64,000 bases of DNA from a virus: the IMG/VR virus record IMGVR_UViG_3300027686_001029; one strand, written 5' to 3'. The position numbers and the translations under genes are program-made. Under the pieces are notes generated by a model that saw nothing but the letters and a program-made list of their open reading frames with translations, was not told the origin of the DNA and searched no databases. Below, in pieces: positions 9,033 through 17,006 of the stretch (position 1 is its first letter; every line of letters starts with the position of its first letter).

Positions 9033-9584
9033 TAATTCATTAGTAAATTCAATCCAAAGATATAGAGACCTATCTTTAAATACTTTCCACATCTCTTCTT
9101 CAGTTATACTAAATGCATTAAACCTAATTTCTTTTAGAACTTTTCCTTCATCTACTCCTTCTACTACTTTGTGTATTACACATCCCATAACTTCATGCTT
9201 AGCTTCAAAAGCTCTAATTTGAGGATCCTTTCCTTTTAATTCTGGGTAGACAGTTATTAGTCCTGGATGACCGTTAAATATGTTGAAGCTTTGAGTAACT
9301 TCAGAAGGTAGAATTCTCAGCCAACCGTGTAATGTAATAATCGCATCTGGAAAATACTGAAGTACGTCTAGATATTCATTCACTTTAGGTTTATTACTAA
9401 AGGTAAAATATCCTTTTTCTTCTATTCTAGGATCTATAGTTCTAGCATCATTAGGTCTCTCATTAGTAATAATACGGGATGGCCACTTACCTGTGCTTTC
9501 AGCAAGATCAGCTATTTCTGCTCCTGTTTGAGAGAAAAAAGCAATCCAGGTTTGTTTGCCAGATTTAATTTTTATATCTTTCAT
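9015..9584 (-). CDS. dpdN: PurN-like formyltransferase; candidate preQ1 formyltransferase (DpdN-like)
   Basis: FFSQTG, LHGWLRIL, FNGHPGL, GCVIHKV..GVDEG (N/H/D formyltransferase catalytic set); adjacent to a TGT-fold gene within the que cluster. Confidence 0.75.
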   Translation of the reverse strand: MKDIKIKSGKQTWIAFFSQTGAEIADLAESTGKWPSRIITNERPNDARTIDPRIEEKGYFTFSNKPKVNEYLDVLQYFPDAIITLHGWLRILPSEVTQSFNIFNGHPGLITVYPELKGKDPQIRAFEAKHEVMGCVIHKVVEGVDEGKVLKEIRFNAFSITEEEMWKVFKDRSLYLWIEFTNELFGNKK

Positions 9585-10399
9585 ATTCCTGCTATAGGTG
9601 TTGATCCATTAACGAACCACCTAAATTTCTGTATATTATTTAATACGGTGGGTATTTCTATATCGTCAATATCTGTGTTAATAAGTTCGAATAACTTCTG
9701 CGATTCTTTACTCCATAAGCCATCAGATCCGTAAGTTATGTCTTTTAATCCGTGTACTACAGGATTTGAAGTATCTAAAGAGTATATCCAACTGTAGTCT
9801 AAATGTTTATAGTACGAAAATTCCTGGGGAAGTGAACATCCTAATAAGTGATGAGGTTTATCTTTATTAATAACACCGTCTCTAAGTAAATCTCCAAGTA
9901 GCTTAACACGTCCTAGCATCCAACTAACGTATTTATTAGGATGAGGAAAAGACTCAGTATAATACGAATAATCAAAGGATATAGCAATCATATCACAAGG
10001 TGATAATTCATCTATAGCTTTATAACAGTCTTTAATTTCCTGATAAGTCTTACCTTGAACCACCCCTATACTCTTACCCGGTACATTATTATACTTTTTA
10101 AACCAGCTAGCCATTTGCGACATAGTTTTTTCAGCATTTTCTAAAGCATCTGGTACTATATACCATGTAGGTTTAAGCAATTGTACCCAGTTAGAAAACT
10201 TATCAGCATCAAAGGCTTCTTCTAATTCAAAAATAGAGTTGTCTAATATTACTTCTCTTCCTTTTCTTACTGCTTTTTCAAACTGCCTTAAGTATTCTGG
10301 ATCTTCTTCTAGTAAATGTACTAATGCATAGTCATAATCAGTTAGTCTTTGAACTTCATCAAAAATACTATTCGGAGATTCATGAGCAATCTTAATCAT
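9581..10399 (-). CDS. dpdA: TGT-fold deazaguanine transglycosylase-like protein (DpdA3-like)
   Basis: LDNSIFE, IVPD, GVVQG, HHLLG, SLDTSNP match the TGT motif order; no CxCxxC zinc site; located in the que cluster. Confidence 0.75.
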   Translation of the reverse strand: MIKIAHESPNSIFDEVQRLTDYDYALVHLLEEDPEYLRQFEKAVRKGREVILDNSIFELEEAFDADKFSNWVQLLKPTWYIVPDALENAEKTMSQMASWFKKYNNVPGKSIGVVQGKTYQEIKDCYKAIDELSPCDMIAISFDYSYYTESFPHPNKYVSWMLGRVKLLGDLLRDGVINKDKPHHLLGCSLPQEFSYYKHLDYSWIYSLDTSNPVVHGLKDITYGSDGLWSKESQKLFELINTDIDDIEIPTVLNNIQKFRWFVNGSTPIAGI

Positions 10400-10577
10400 C
10401 TTTATTAATTTCCTTTAAAGCGTTATTTAATAATTCTATTGAGCTATCTACTTTTAAAGCAGCATTATTAAGCTTAGCAGTATAATTGCTTACTTCTTTA
10501 ATAGCTTTTTCAGCTATTTCTACTGGGATCATTTCTACTCCTTCTACTACTACGATATTTTCTTTCCATGTATTCAT
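10392..10577 (-). CDS. Hypothetical protein
   Basis: Overlapping start/stop packing. Confidence 0.6.
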   Translation of the reverse strand: MNTWKENIVVVEGVEMIPVEIAEKAIKEVSNYTAKLNNAALKVDSSIELLNNALKEINKDD

Positions 10578-11146
10578 ATCCCTAAGTGTTGCTGTGGTCT
10601 AGTTTTAACAATTTCATCATCTGTAAAGAATTGTTTAAGGTCCGGTCTGAAGTAGTTAGTGCTTTTCATTACTTTTCTATCTCTAGTACGGTAGACAATA
10701 TACCGTCCTTCCTCAATCTTTTCAAAATGACAGGCCTCACCTTGTTCCTTACTTCTTTGGCGGACGGTCTGTATGGCTTCTTTTTCAGTTTCACAAGCTT
10801 TTGACATATTAGAGGCTTGTACTTCTTGATATGCTGGCCATATCTTGTTCTTAAGGCCATGTAGCATAGTACCGTTCCCAAGGGAAACATAAGTAATATC
10901 GCACAAAGCATCCAAAATTTCCACAATGTCTCCTCTTTCGCAAGCTTCTTTATATTCTTGGAGCTCTTCAAGGATAAAGTCGTAAACAAATCTCCATTCT
11001 TTTTCACTAGGGATAGTTGGTTCATAGTTATTAGGTTTGTTAAACGTTTTGTTAAACTCTTCTACTTCATCTACGAAAGGAACTCCGTTAACCCATACGG
11101 GTAATACTTTTTCTTCTACTTCAAATAATGATAGTTGCTCACCCAT
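10574..11146 (-). CDS. MazG-like / all-alpha NTP pyrophosphohydrolase (PRA-PH/DR2231 type)
   Basis: VEEF, ILEELQEY, EILDALCDITYV, EVQASNMSK. Confidence 0.85.
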   Translation of the reverse strand: MGEQLSLFEVEEKVLPVWVNGVPFVDEVEEFNKTFNKPNNYEPTIPSEKEWRFVYDFILEELQEYKEACERGDIVEILDALCDITYVSLGNGTMLHGLKNKIWPAYQEVQASNMSKACETEKEAIQTVRQRSKEQGEACHFEKIEEGRYIVYRTRDRKVMKSTNYFRPDLKQFFTDDEIVKTRPQQHLGI

Positions 11147-11147
11147 A

Positions 11148-11348
11148 TTAGATTACTTTTAAAATTCTTGATTCTGTAAGGCTTATGATTCTGAAATCTC
11201 TTTCTCCTTCGTTTTCTAAGTACTTATAAACTTTAGATTCAGCTTCAGTACCGCCCATAGCGTCAACCAAATAAATTTCTTTTACTTTTTGAATACGACC
11301 TCTATCGTTTTCTCTTTCAAACTGGGTAGTAACTTGCCAATATGTCAT
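11148..11348 (-). CDS. DUF4494-like small protein
   Basis: W.....FE....G..QKVKE.YLVDA...TEAE pattern, recalled from Bacteroidota proteins. Confidence 0.6.
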   Translation of the reverse strand: MTYWQVTTQFERENDRGRIQKVKEIYLVDAMGGTEAESKVYKYLENEGERDFRIISLTESRILKVI

Positions 11349-11370
11349 AATAATGCTTTTTTAATTTAAT

Positions 11371-11401
11371 TTAATATACGATTAATTTTACTTCTATACA
11401 A
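11371..11401 (-). promoter_or_regulatory. Bacteroidota-type sigma-A promoter
   Basis: TTG-N20-TATATTAA. Confidence 0.7.
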
Positions 11402-11770
11402 CTATTCTCTATTATAGTCATCTTCATATCTGATTATGTCTGATTCATCAAATATACCTGCATTACTATGCTGCACTTCAATAAAAATCATATCTTTGTT
11501 ATCCTGTACGTTATTAATATTTCTTATTCTATGTTTAGCTCCTTCTGGTATATAAACAGTATTCTTCTCCGTCAAAACACTATCTGAGCCATCTAAAGTA
11601 TATCCTGCCATTCCCTGTACTATAGTCCAAGTCTCTGATCTATGTTTATGAGATTGATAGGATAGTTGTCCGCCAGGTTTAACTGTAATCATTTTTACCT
11701 TACAAAAAGGACTATCAAGTAAAACTTGATACTCCCCCCAAGGTCTTATATCATGTTCTAATGTCTGCAT
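11402..11770 (-). CDS. Cupin, mannose-6-phosphate isomerase type II C-terminal-like
   Basis: RPWGEY, VKPGGQLSYQSHKHRSETW, HRIRN, IEVQ, ESDIIRYEDDYNR. Confidence 0.88.
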   Translation of the reverse strand: MQTLEHDIRPWGEYQVLLDSPFCKVKMITVKPGGQLSYQSHKHRSETWTIVQGMAGYTLDGSDSVLTEKNTVYIPEGAKHRIRNINNVQDNKDMIFIEVQHSNAGIFDESDIIRYEDDYNRE

Positions 11771-12471
11771 ATACTTGCTAATTCTATATTCTTATAAAAC
11801 TCTGCTTTTGCAGAATCCTCATCTAAAAATGCTCCTGTTAACTTAGCTGTCTGCATTGAAGCTCCTTGATGCTTTACTCCTCTACAGCTTACACAGTTAT
11901 GAGTAGCATTAATTTGAACTGCTACTCCTAAATTACCATCACAAATTTTATTAACAGCATTATGTATGGCAACTGTTAATTGTTCTTGAATGGCTCCTCT
12001 TCTTCCAAATTGTTCTACTATTCTATTTAATTTGGATAATCCAACAACCTTCCCAGACTCTGAAGCAATATAGGCTATGCTAACAGTCCCACCTATTGTT
12101 TGGTGGTGGTGACTACACATTGACGTTACAGGTATATTAGACTCTTGTACGATTCCGTCGTAGCCGTCGCTAGGGAATGCTGTAACTCGGTCTAAAGGTT
12201 CAAATCTACCTTTCCATAGATCATTAACGTATGCTTTAGCTACTCTCATAGGAGTATCAGAAGAGTTGGGATCGTTTTCCCAGTCAGTTCCAAGAGCGGT
12301 TAAGAAGTCACCAAATGCTGTTGCTGCATTAGTAATAATCTCTTGTTTCTCTTCTGATGATAACCTTGCTTCAGGTCCTTCGGTTAGTTGTTTCTTTGCT
12401 AATTGACTGGATATACCATTAGCGAATCCAGCTTGAACTAATTCTGTTCCTTCTATAAACTTCTTTGCCAT
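11758..12471 (-). CDS. folE: GTP cyclohydrolase I
   Basis: DTPMRVAKAY, SMCSHHH, VVGLSKLNR, IQEQLT, HNCVSCRG. Confidence 0.95.
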   Translation of the reverse strand: MAKKFIEGTELVQAGFANGISSQLAKKQLTEGPEARLSSEEKQEIITNAATAFGDFLTALGTDWENDPNSSDTPMRVAKAYVNDLWKGRFEPLDRVTAFPSDGYDGIVQESNIPVTSMCSHHHQTIGGTVSIAYIASESGKVVGLSKLNRIVEQFGRRGAIQEQLTVAIHNAVNKICDGNLGVAVQINATHNCVSCRGVKHQGASMQTAKLTGAFLDEDSAKAEFYKNIELASICRH

Positions 12472-12491
12472 TCTTATAACTTATTTATACT

Positions 12492-12523
12492 TAAATATAC
12501 GATTTTATTTTGTAGTATCCAAA
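12492..12523 (-). promoter_or_regulatory. Bacteroidota-type sigma-A promoter upstream of folE
   Basis: TTTG-N20-TATATTTA. Confidence 0.75.
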
Positions 12524-12909
12524 TAACCTTGTATGGTTTTTGAATCTTTTTTTTCCCAAGGGTAAACTATCCATTCAGGTCCTATATGCTGTGCAAAATA
12601 ATCTGGTTTAAATGTAGATTGTTTTTTATAATGAAGTGTTGCATATAAAGGTTGGGGGAACTTATACTGAAACTGTTTTAAAGTTTCTCCTGTATCAGCT
12701 ATATCATCAAGTACTAATAGGCTTGGATAATGATTGCTTGGGTTTTCCATATACTCAATTCCGAACCTATGTGAGTAGAGTATTGCTAAAATCGTACCTC
12801 CTCTTGGTACTCCTGTAACGTATCCTACCTGTCCTTTTGTCTGTTGGTATATATTATCTAGAAGGGAGTTTATATCTTCCCACGTTAAAAAAACTTTCTT
12901 TACGCTCAT
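12505..12909 (-). CDS. Type I phosphoribosyltransferase (Gpt-like purine PRTase); start refined to MSVKK
   Basis: GVPRGG, PRPP loop LVLDDIADTGETL, WIVYPWE. Confidence 0.88.
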   Translation of the reverse strand: MSVKKVFLTWEDINSLLDNIYQQTKGQVGYVTGVPRGGTILAILYSHRFGIEYMENPSNHYPSLLVLDDIADTGETLKQFQYKFPQPLYATLHYKKQSTFKPDYFAQHIGPEWIVYPWEKKDSKTIQGYLDTTK

Positions 12910-13040
12910 ACAATATTTGTTGTCCAAAACTGGTTATCGATTATATAACTCTGATCTTTACTTTTCCAGTATAATTCTCTTACTTTACTTCCTAATTCTT
13001 GATCGTTAGGATTTTCTTCTACTAATTTATTAAGGTTCAT
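12906..13040 (-). CDS. Small hypothetical protein, 44 aa, not in ORF track
   Basis: MNLNKLVEENPNDQELGSKVRELYWK...; fills the gap and has an ATGA overlap with the PRTase gene. Confidence 0.6.
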   Translation of the reverse strand: MNLNKLVEENPNDQELGSKVRELYWKSKDQSYIIDNQFWTTNIV

Positions 13041-13341
13041 AATTTAATCCAAAAAATTTATAATTGTTTTTAACTGCTTCTAATTCTCCTGCTTCTATTG
13101 CATCTTCTTCTGTTTCGTATATAGCCTCAACTGGGCATTCTGGAATACAGGCTCCGCAATCTATACATTCGTCTGGGTTAATATATAGGCTTTTGCCTAT
13201 CAATTGCTCTTTAGTCATATTCGCAACTTCTGCTCCTGCACCTTCAATATCTATAGGACCATGTATACAATCTACAGGACAAACAGCAACACAAGCTGTA
13301 TCACATGTACTAATACAGGGACTTCCTATAATGTAGCTCAT
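13030..13341 (-). CDS. 4Fe-4S dicluster ferredoxin
   Basis: CISTCDTACVAVCPVDCI and CIDCGACIPECP. Confidence 0.93.
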   Translation of the reverse strand: MSYIIGSPCISTCDTACVAVCPVDCIHGPIDIEGAGAEVANMTKEQLIGKSLYINPDECIDCGACIPECPVEAIYETEEDAIEAGELEAVKNNYKFFGLNYEP

Positions 13342-13574
13342 AAAGTAACTTTTTTCATAAATTTGTTTACAGCATCTGTAGAGGATGTTCCGGTTGCTAT
13401 ATCCTCTGTAACTATTAGAGCACCATATAGGTTAGACATTATCTCCCCAATCACGTCTAGTTCTTCACTAGTAACTTTTCTTGCTTCTGAGATGTCTTCT
13501 AATACCTTTAAAGTAATATTAATTTCATCTTCGTTAGAAGTTTTTACGATTTGTTTAATTACTTGTAGTTTCAT
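13338..13574 (-). CDS. Conserved Bacteroidota-like protein (DUF6952-like)
   Basis: MKL.VIK...EELDVIGE..SNLYGAL.V pattern, recalled from Bacteroidota proteins. Confidence 0.6.
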   Translation of the reverse strand: MKLQVIKQIVKTSNEDEINITLKVLEDISEARKVTSEELDVIGEIMSNLYGALIVTEDIATGTSSTDAVNKFMKKVTL

Positions 13575-13592
13575 TATAAGTTATTTATTAGG

Positions 13593-14372
13593 TTATACTT
13601 CTCTTTGATCCTCAAATGCTATAATATGTGGTCTCCAAGTCATCCTATATCCATTATCTCTAACCCAATCAAATAGTACCGGGTAAGATTTAAATAAAGC
13701 TTCTCTTGAATCTCCACTTGGCATAAACCAGACTTTATCCTGAGGTACTTCTAAAATACCTATGCATTCTAATATCTCCTGTAATGCGAAATCATCCTTT
13801 CCGTCCCATACAGGTTTAATATGGTAGTCTGAGTGGTAAGCAATACTTTTCTTCATTGCATCATAATTAAGCCTAAACTTATTATGCTGTTTAATCATCC
13901 TTTCGTCAGTAATCTTACCTTGTGGTGTTGCCACTCCAAGTACAGGTACCGAATTAGAGAACTTGGGACTGATCGAAAGCAGATTGATAGGATAATCCGT
14001 AGGTACAAAATGACTACCTTCATTCTCCATTGTAATAAAAATATTTTTTTCATTTGCAAAATGTGTTAGTTCATTAACCAGTTTACCATGCATAGAAGGT
14101 GAACCTCCTGTAAGCATCATTTCTTTTATATGAGGATTTTTCTCATATGCTTTAATAATGTCATTAAAGTTATATTGACCTTTATCTGGATGTATTGATG
14201 TATACCAGCTATCACACCAGCCACCTTCTCCAAAATAACATCTGTGAGTACATCCTGTGGTTCTAATTACTACTGTAGGGTACCCTGCTCTTGATCCTTC
14301 AGATTGAACAGCAGTATATATCTCTACAATAGGTAAATTCTTATCATAATCTACTACTCTACCTAGGCTCAT
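13593..14372 (-). CDS. queE: 7-carboxy-7-deazaguanine synthase (radical SAM)
   Basis: EIYTAVQSEG, IRTTGC, atypical Cx3Cx7C, LTGGSP, SISPK, RPHI. Confidence 0.9.
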   Translation of the reverse strand: MSLGRVVDYDKNLPIVEIYTAVQSEGSRAGYPTVVIRTTGCTHRCYFGEGGWCDSWYTSIHPDKGQYNFNDIIKAYEKNPHIKEMMLTGGSPSMHGKLVNELTHFANEKNIFITMENEGSHFVPTDYPINLLSISPKFSNSVPVLGVATPQGKITDERMIKQHNKFRLNYDAMKKSIAYHSDYHIKPVWDGKDDFALQEILECIGILEVPQDKVWFMPSGDSREALFKSYPVLFDWVRDNGYRMTWRPHIIAFEDQREV

Positions 14373-14826
14373 ATGTTGCTGTATTTTTAGCGTGTTCTCT
14401 AAATTCTACTTTTGATATTTTTACTCTTCCTTCAGTTTCTGCCTCAATAAAAGGATTTAATTTATCAAATATAAACTGTGAAAATCTTTCTCCTCCTGTT
14501 GCTGGTATTACTCTTATTTGAGCTACACCTGCATCATCCATTTTTTTAAATGATTCTAAGAAAGGATCATCTTCGGCTACTATAAAAGTATGGTCAAACA
14601 TATAGTCCATCCACTCTTTAGCAGACATACCATCAATCTTCCCTTTCGCCCTTTTCATTCCTCCGAAATCCCATACCCAGTTTCTTTCGTCTAAATCTCC
14701 TTCAAACCAAATTTTAAAAGAAATACCGTAACCGTGTAAAAACCTACAGTGAGTAGTTTCAGCTTTCCATTGTCTAAAGACTGTACTGAATCCTTCAAAT
14801 ACTTTTGTTGATTTAAATTTACTCAT
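14359..14826 (-). CDS. queD: 6-carboxytetrahydropterin synthase; start refined to MSKFK
   Basis: HCRFLHGY, WVWDFG, FDH, VEFRE. Confidence 0.9.
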   Translation of the reverse strand: MSKFKSTKVFEGFSTVFRQWKAETTHCRFLHGYGISFKIWFEGDLDERNWVWDFGGMKRAKGKIDGMSAKEWMDYMFDHTFIVAEDDPFLESFKKMDDAGVAQIRVIPATGGERFSQFIFDKLNPFIEAETEGRVKISKVEFREHAKNTATYEPR

Positions 14827-14983
14827 GCTTACAACTTTTTTTATGATTAAACATTCCTCCACATTTACATTTTATATATGTAACTGCTGCCAATACCATT
14901 GGACTTCCTGCTAGTAAGGTAAGTGCGTTAGGATGCCAATGATCCCCGCAAATGCCTACTGCGTGCTTTAAAATTTCTATCAT
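14819..14983 (-). CDS. Small Cys/His-rich membrane protein, 54 aa, not in ORF track
   Basis: MIEILKHAVGICGDHWHPNALTLLAGSPMVLAAVTYIKCKCGGMFNHKKSCKHE; overlaps both neighbours at their ends. Confidence 0.6.
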   Translation of the reverse strand: MIEILKHAVGICGDHWHPNALTLLAGSPMVLAAVTYIKCKCGGMFNHKKSCKHE

Positions 14984-15243
14984 ACTAATTCCTCTATTAT
15001 ACCAATTACTTCAGAAACAATTAAAACACTAGCTGCTGCTAATAAGTTAATAGGTATAAGTATATAACCAAATATACGAATTCCTGACTTAATAAACGAC
15101 ACTATCTGGTGTTTTTTTGCGTCTGGGTAGTTAATAAAGGAGTCTGGTAAAGGGTTTGAGTTTTGTCTGTTGAGTAGATACTCTTCGTTTGTAACTCTTC
15201 TTGACTCTACATCGTAGAGTTCTTTTTCAATTATACTATTCAT
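14980..15243 (-). CDS. Hypothetical membrane protein
   Basis: C-terminal hydrophobic segment. Confidence 0.65.
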   Translation of the reverse strand: MNSIIEKELYDVESRRVTNEEYLLNRQNSNPLPDSFINYPDAKKHQIVSFIKSGIRIFGYILIPINLLAAASVLIVSEVIGIIEELV

Positions 15244-15293
15244 ATTTCGTGTTTTTAAAGTGGTGCTGTGACACTATGTCTTATATTTATATT

Positions 15294-15324
15294 ACAATAT
15301 AAGAAGAAAAAGGGTAGTAAACAA
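15294..15324 (-). promoter_or_regulatory. Sigma-A promoter overlapping a terminator
   Basis: TTG-N20-TATATTGT. Confidence 0.6.
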
Positions 15325-15331
15325 CTACCCC
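15301..15331 (-). terminator. Intrinsic terminator
   Basis: Stem gggtagt/actaccc followed by TTTTTCTTCTT on the minus strand. Confidence 0.8.
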
Positions 15332-15341
15332 TTAGTTTATT

Positions 15342-16235
15342 TTAATATAAAGCATTCCAAGTTGAACCGTTATAAAAATACGGTTTAATTGGACTACTTG
15401 ATGATACTGCGAATGCTCCGGCTGCTAATCCTGCAGATGGAAGAGGATGTTGTGGCTGTAATGTTAATACGTTAGATGCACTTACGAAAAGTGATGCTGA
15501 TAGTGGGTATACAGCATTAATATGACCATTATCCTGTATAGTTAGTCTAACAGTTGATCCATATGCTCCTGTTTCTTGAGTTGCAAATGTTATCTTAGCT
15601 CCTGAAGAGCTTACTGCTGATTTTGTTACAGTTCCTGTAATTTGTACAGGTTCAGAATAATCTGTCCAAGTTAGAGCGTTACCTGTTCTTGTAGAACCTG
15701 AGTTTACTACTCTTCCTGCTATTCTAAATATATTATCGCCTACTAGTGCGGGTGATTCAGCTCCTGGTACACCTCTTGATTTTATAAATACAAAGTTTCC
15801 TGCTGACTGGTCAGTTGAAGCTTGGTCAATCCAAATCTCAGATCTATAATTTTTTAACCCAATTTTAGCCGGGTACCAGTGATGTTGTCCTATCTCTACA
15901 GATCCTGTAATAGATAAACTACCTGTGTGGTTTATTTTTCCTCTAATTAACTGCTCACCTATAAACGTATTACTACTAGTTAGTGCGTATTTCGCATTAT
16001 TAACATAAGATGCGGTAGTTGCGGTAGTTGCTTTTGTAGATACAGATGATGATAGTGCAGTAACAATAGAAGTTAGCCCAGATCCGTCTCCAACAAATGA
16101 TCCTGAGAATGATCCTGTAAGGTTATTGAAAGATGCAGAAAGTGCATTTCCAAGTCCATCTTCAAATCTATTATTAGTCCACTGTACTACTTTTCCGTAG
16201 GTATCCTTTATTTTACTTCCTGTTAAATTTGCCAT
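15342..16235 (-). CDS. Putative virion fibre/decoration protein
   Basis: Ser/Gly/Thr-rich with GSFSGSF repeats like the tail fibre at 61831; C-terminal YFYNGSTW; preceded by the TATTTAT motif. Confidence 0.6.
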   Translation of the reverse strand: MANLTGSKIKDTYGKVVQWTNNRFEDGLGNALSASFNNLTGSFSGSFVGDGSGLTSIVTALSSSVSTKATTATTASYVNNAKYALTSSNTFIGEQLIRGKINHTGSLSITGSVEIGQHHWYPAKIGLKNYRSEIWIDQASTDQSAGNFVFIKSRGVPGAESPALVGDNIFRIAGRVVNSGSTRTGNALTWTDYSEPVQITGTVTKSAVSSSGAKITFATQETGAYGSTVRLTIQDNGHINAVYPLSASLFVSASNVLTLQPQHPLPSAGLAAGAFAVSSSSPIKPYFYNGSTWNALY

Positions 16236-16261
16236 GAGTATACTGTATAAAAATAAATAGG

Positions 16262-16378
16262 TTAAAAATTCTTATAGGTGAAAGGATCTCTCTTTTTCAT
16301 TTCAGCTATCCTTTTTTCAAAGTTCTTTTCTCTTTTTCTATTAGCAAAGTATGCTTTTATCTTCTGAATCAAGTTCAT
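16262..16378 (-). CDS. Small basic protein, 38 aa, not in ORF track
   Basis: MNLIQKIKAYFANRKREKNFEKRIAEMKKRDPFTYKNF; ends the carbamoyltransferase cassette. Confidence 0.55.
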   Translation of the reverse strand: MNLIQKIKAYFANRKREKNFEKRIAEMKKRDPFTYKNF

Positions 16379-17006
16379 ATATTTGTTTTTTAGTGAAAAA
16401 CTTAGGTTTTATATTATTTAGTAGTAAAGAAAAAGCTATTCCCATACCTTCACCATTGCCCCTATGGTTATAAATAGACTTCTCAAACATACTATTGTAC
16501 TCTATTATAGGTTTAAGTACCTCTATATACTTAGTAACATTTCTCAACCTACTGTCGTAAGGGATGTAAAATACGGTTTCTAGTAATGGTCTTAATAAAT
16601 TTATAGGGAAATCTGCAAGTTTTAAGTAGTCTGTTAATTTGTCCCAATAGGAACCATTTATATCTGTATCTTTCCATATAGAATTGCCGTAGTCCCAGTA
16701 CCCTACAAAACAATAATCGTCACTTCCTTTAAAATGCTGGTGGAAGTCTGGTGTCATTGCATGTATTTTATTAGCATCAACAAAAAGTACTCCTTGTTTT
16801 TCTTTTAACGCTAATTGAAATGCATATATCAACTTATCGTAGTATGAAAATATAATATTATTATAGGTTGTAGTATCGTATTCCTTGAACCGTTCGGGAT
16901 CATCGGTTAACACTCTAATATCGTATATTTTTCTATCTAATATCTTTAATAGTTTTTCAGCTGATTCTGTATACGGTTTATTTATTGCAGTTGTAGCTAA
17001 AATCAT
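16341..17006 (-). CDS. Hypothetical protein, possible GT-A-like fold
   Basis: YYDK...VLFVDAN resembles the K...hhhDxD pattern of the paralogues at 19697, 58957 and 59898. Confidence 0.5.
   Translation of the reverse strand: MILATTAINKPYTESAEKLLKILDRKIYDIRVLTDDPERFKEYDTTTYNNIIFSYYDKLIYAFQLALKEKQGVLFVDANKIHAMTPDFHQHFKGSDDYCFVGYWDYGNSIWKDTDINGSYWDKLTDYLKLADFPINLLRPLLETVFYIPYDSRLRNVTKYIEVLKPIIEYNSMFEKSIYNHRGNGEGMGIAFSLLLNNIKPKFFTKKQIYELDSEDKSILC

Noticed and set aside
9015-9584. Reading this gene as purN for de novo purine synthesis
   Set aside because: No other pur genes in the window, and it is coupled to the DpdA-like gene; phage purN homologues exist, so this remains a minor alternative
9581-10399. 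Reading this gene as an ordinary tRNA-guanine transglycosylase for queuosine
   Set aside because: Too short, lacks the zinc-binding CxCxxC and the canonical DSGGFQ, and sits next to a formyltransferase; tRNA activity is not formally excluded
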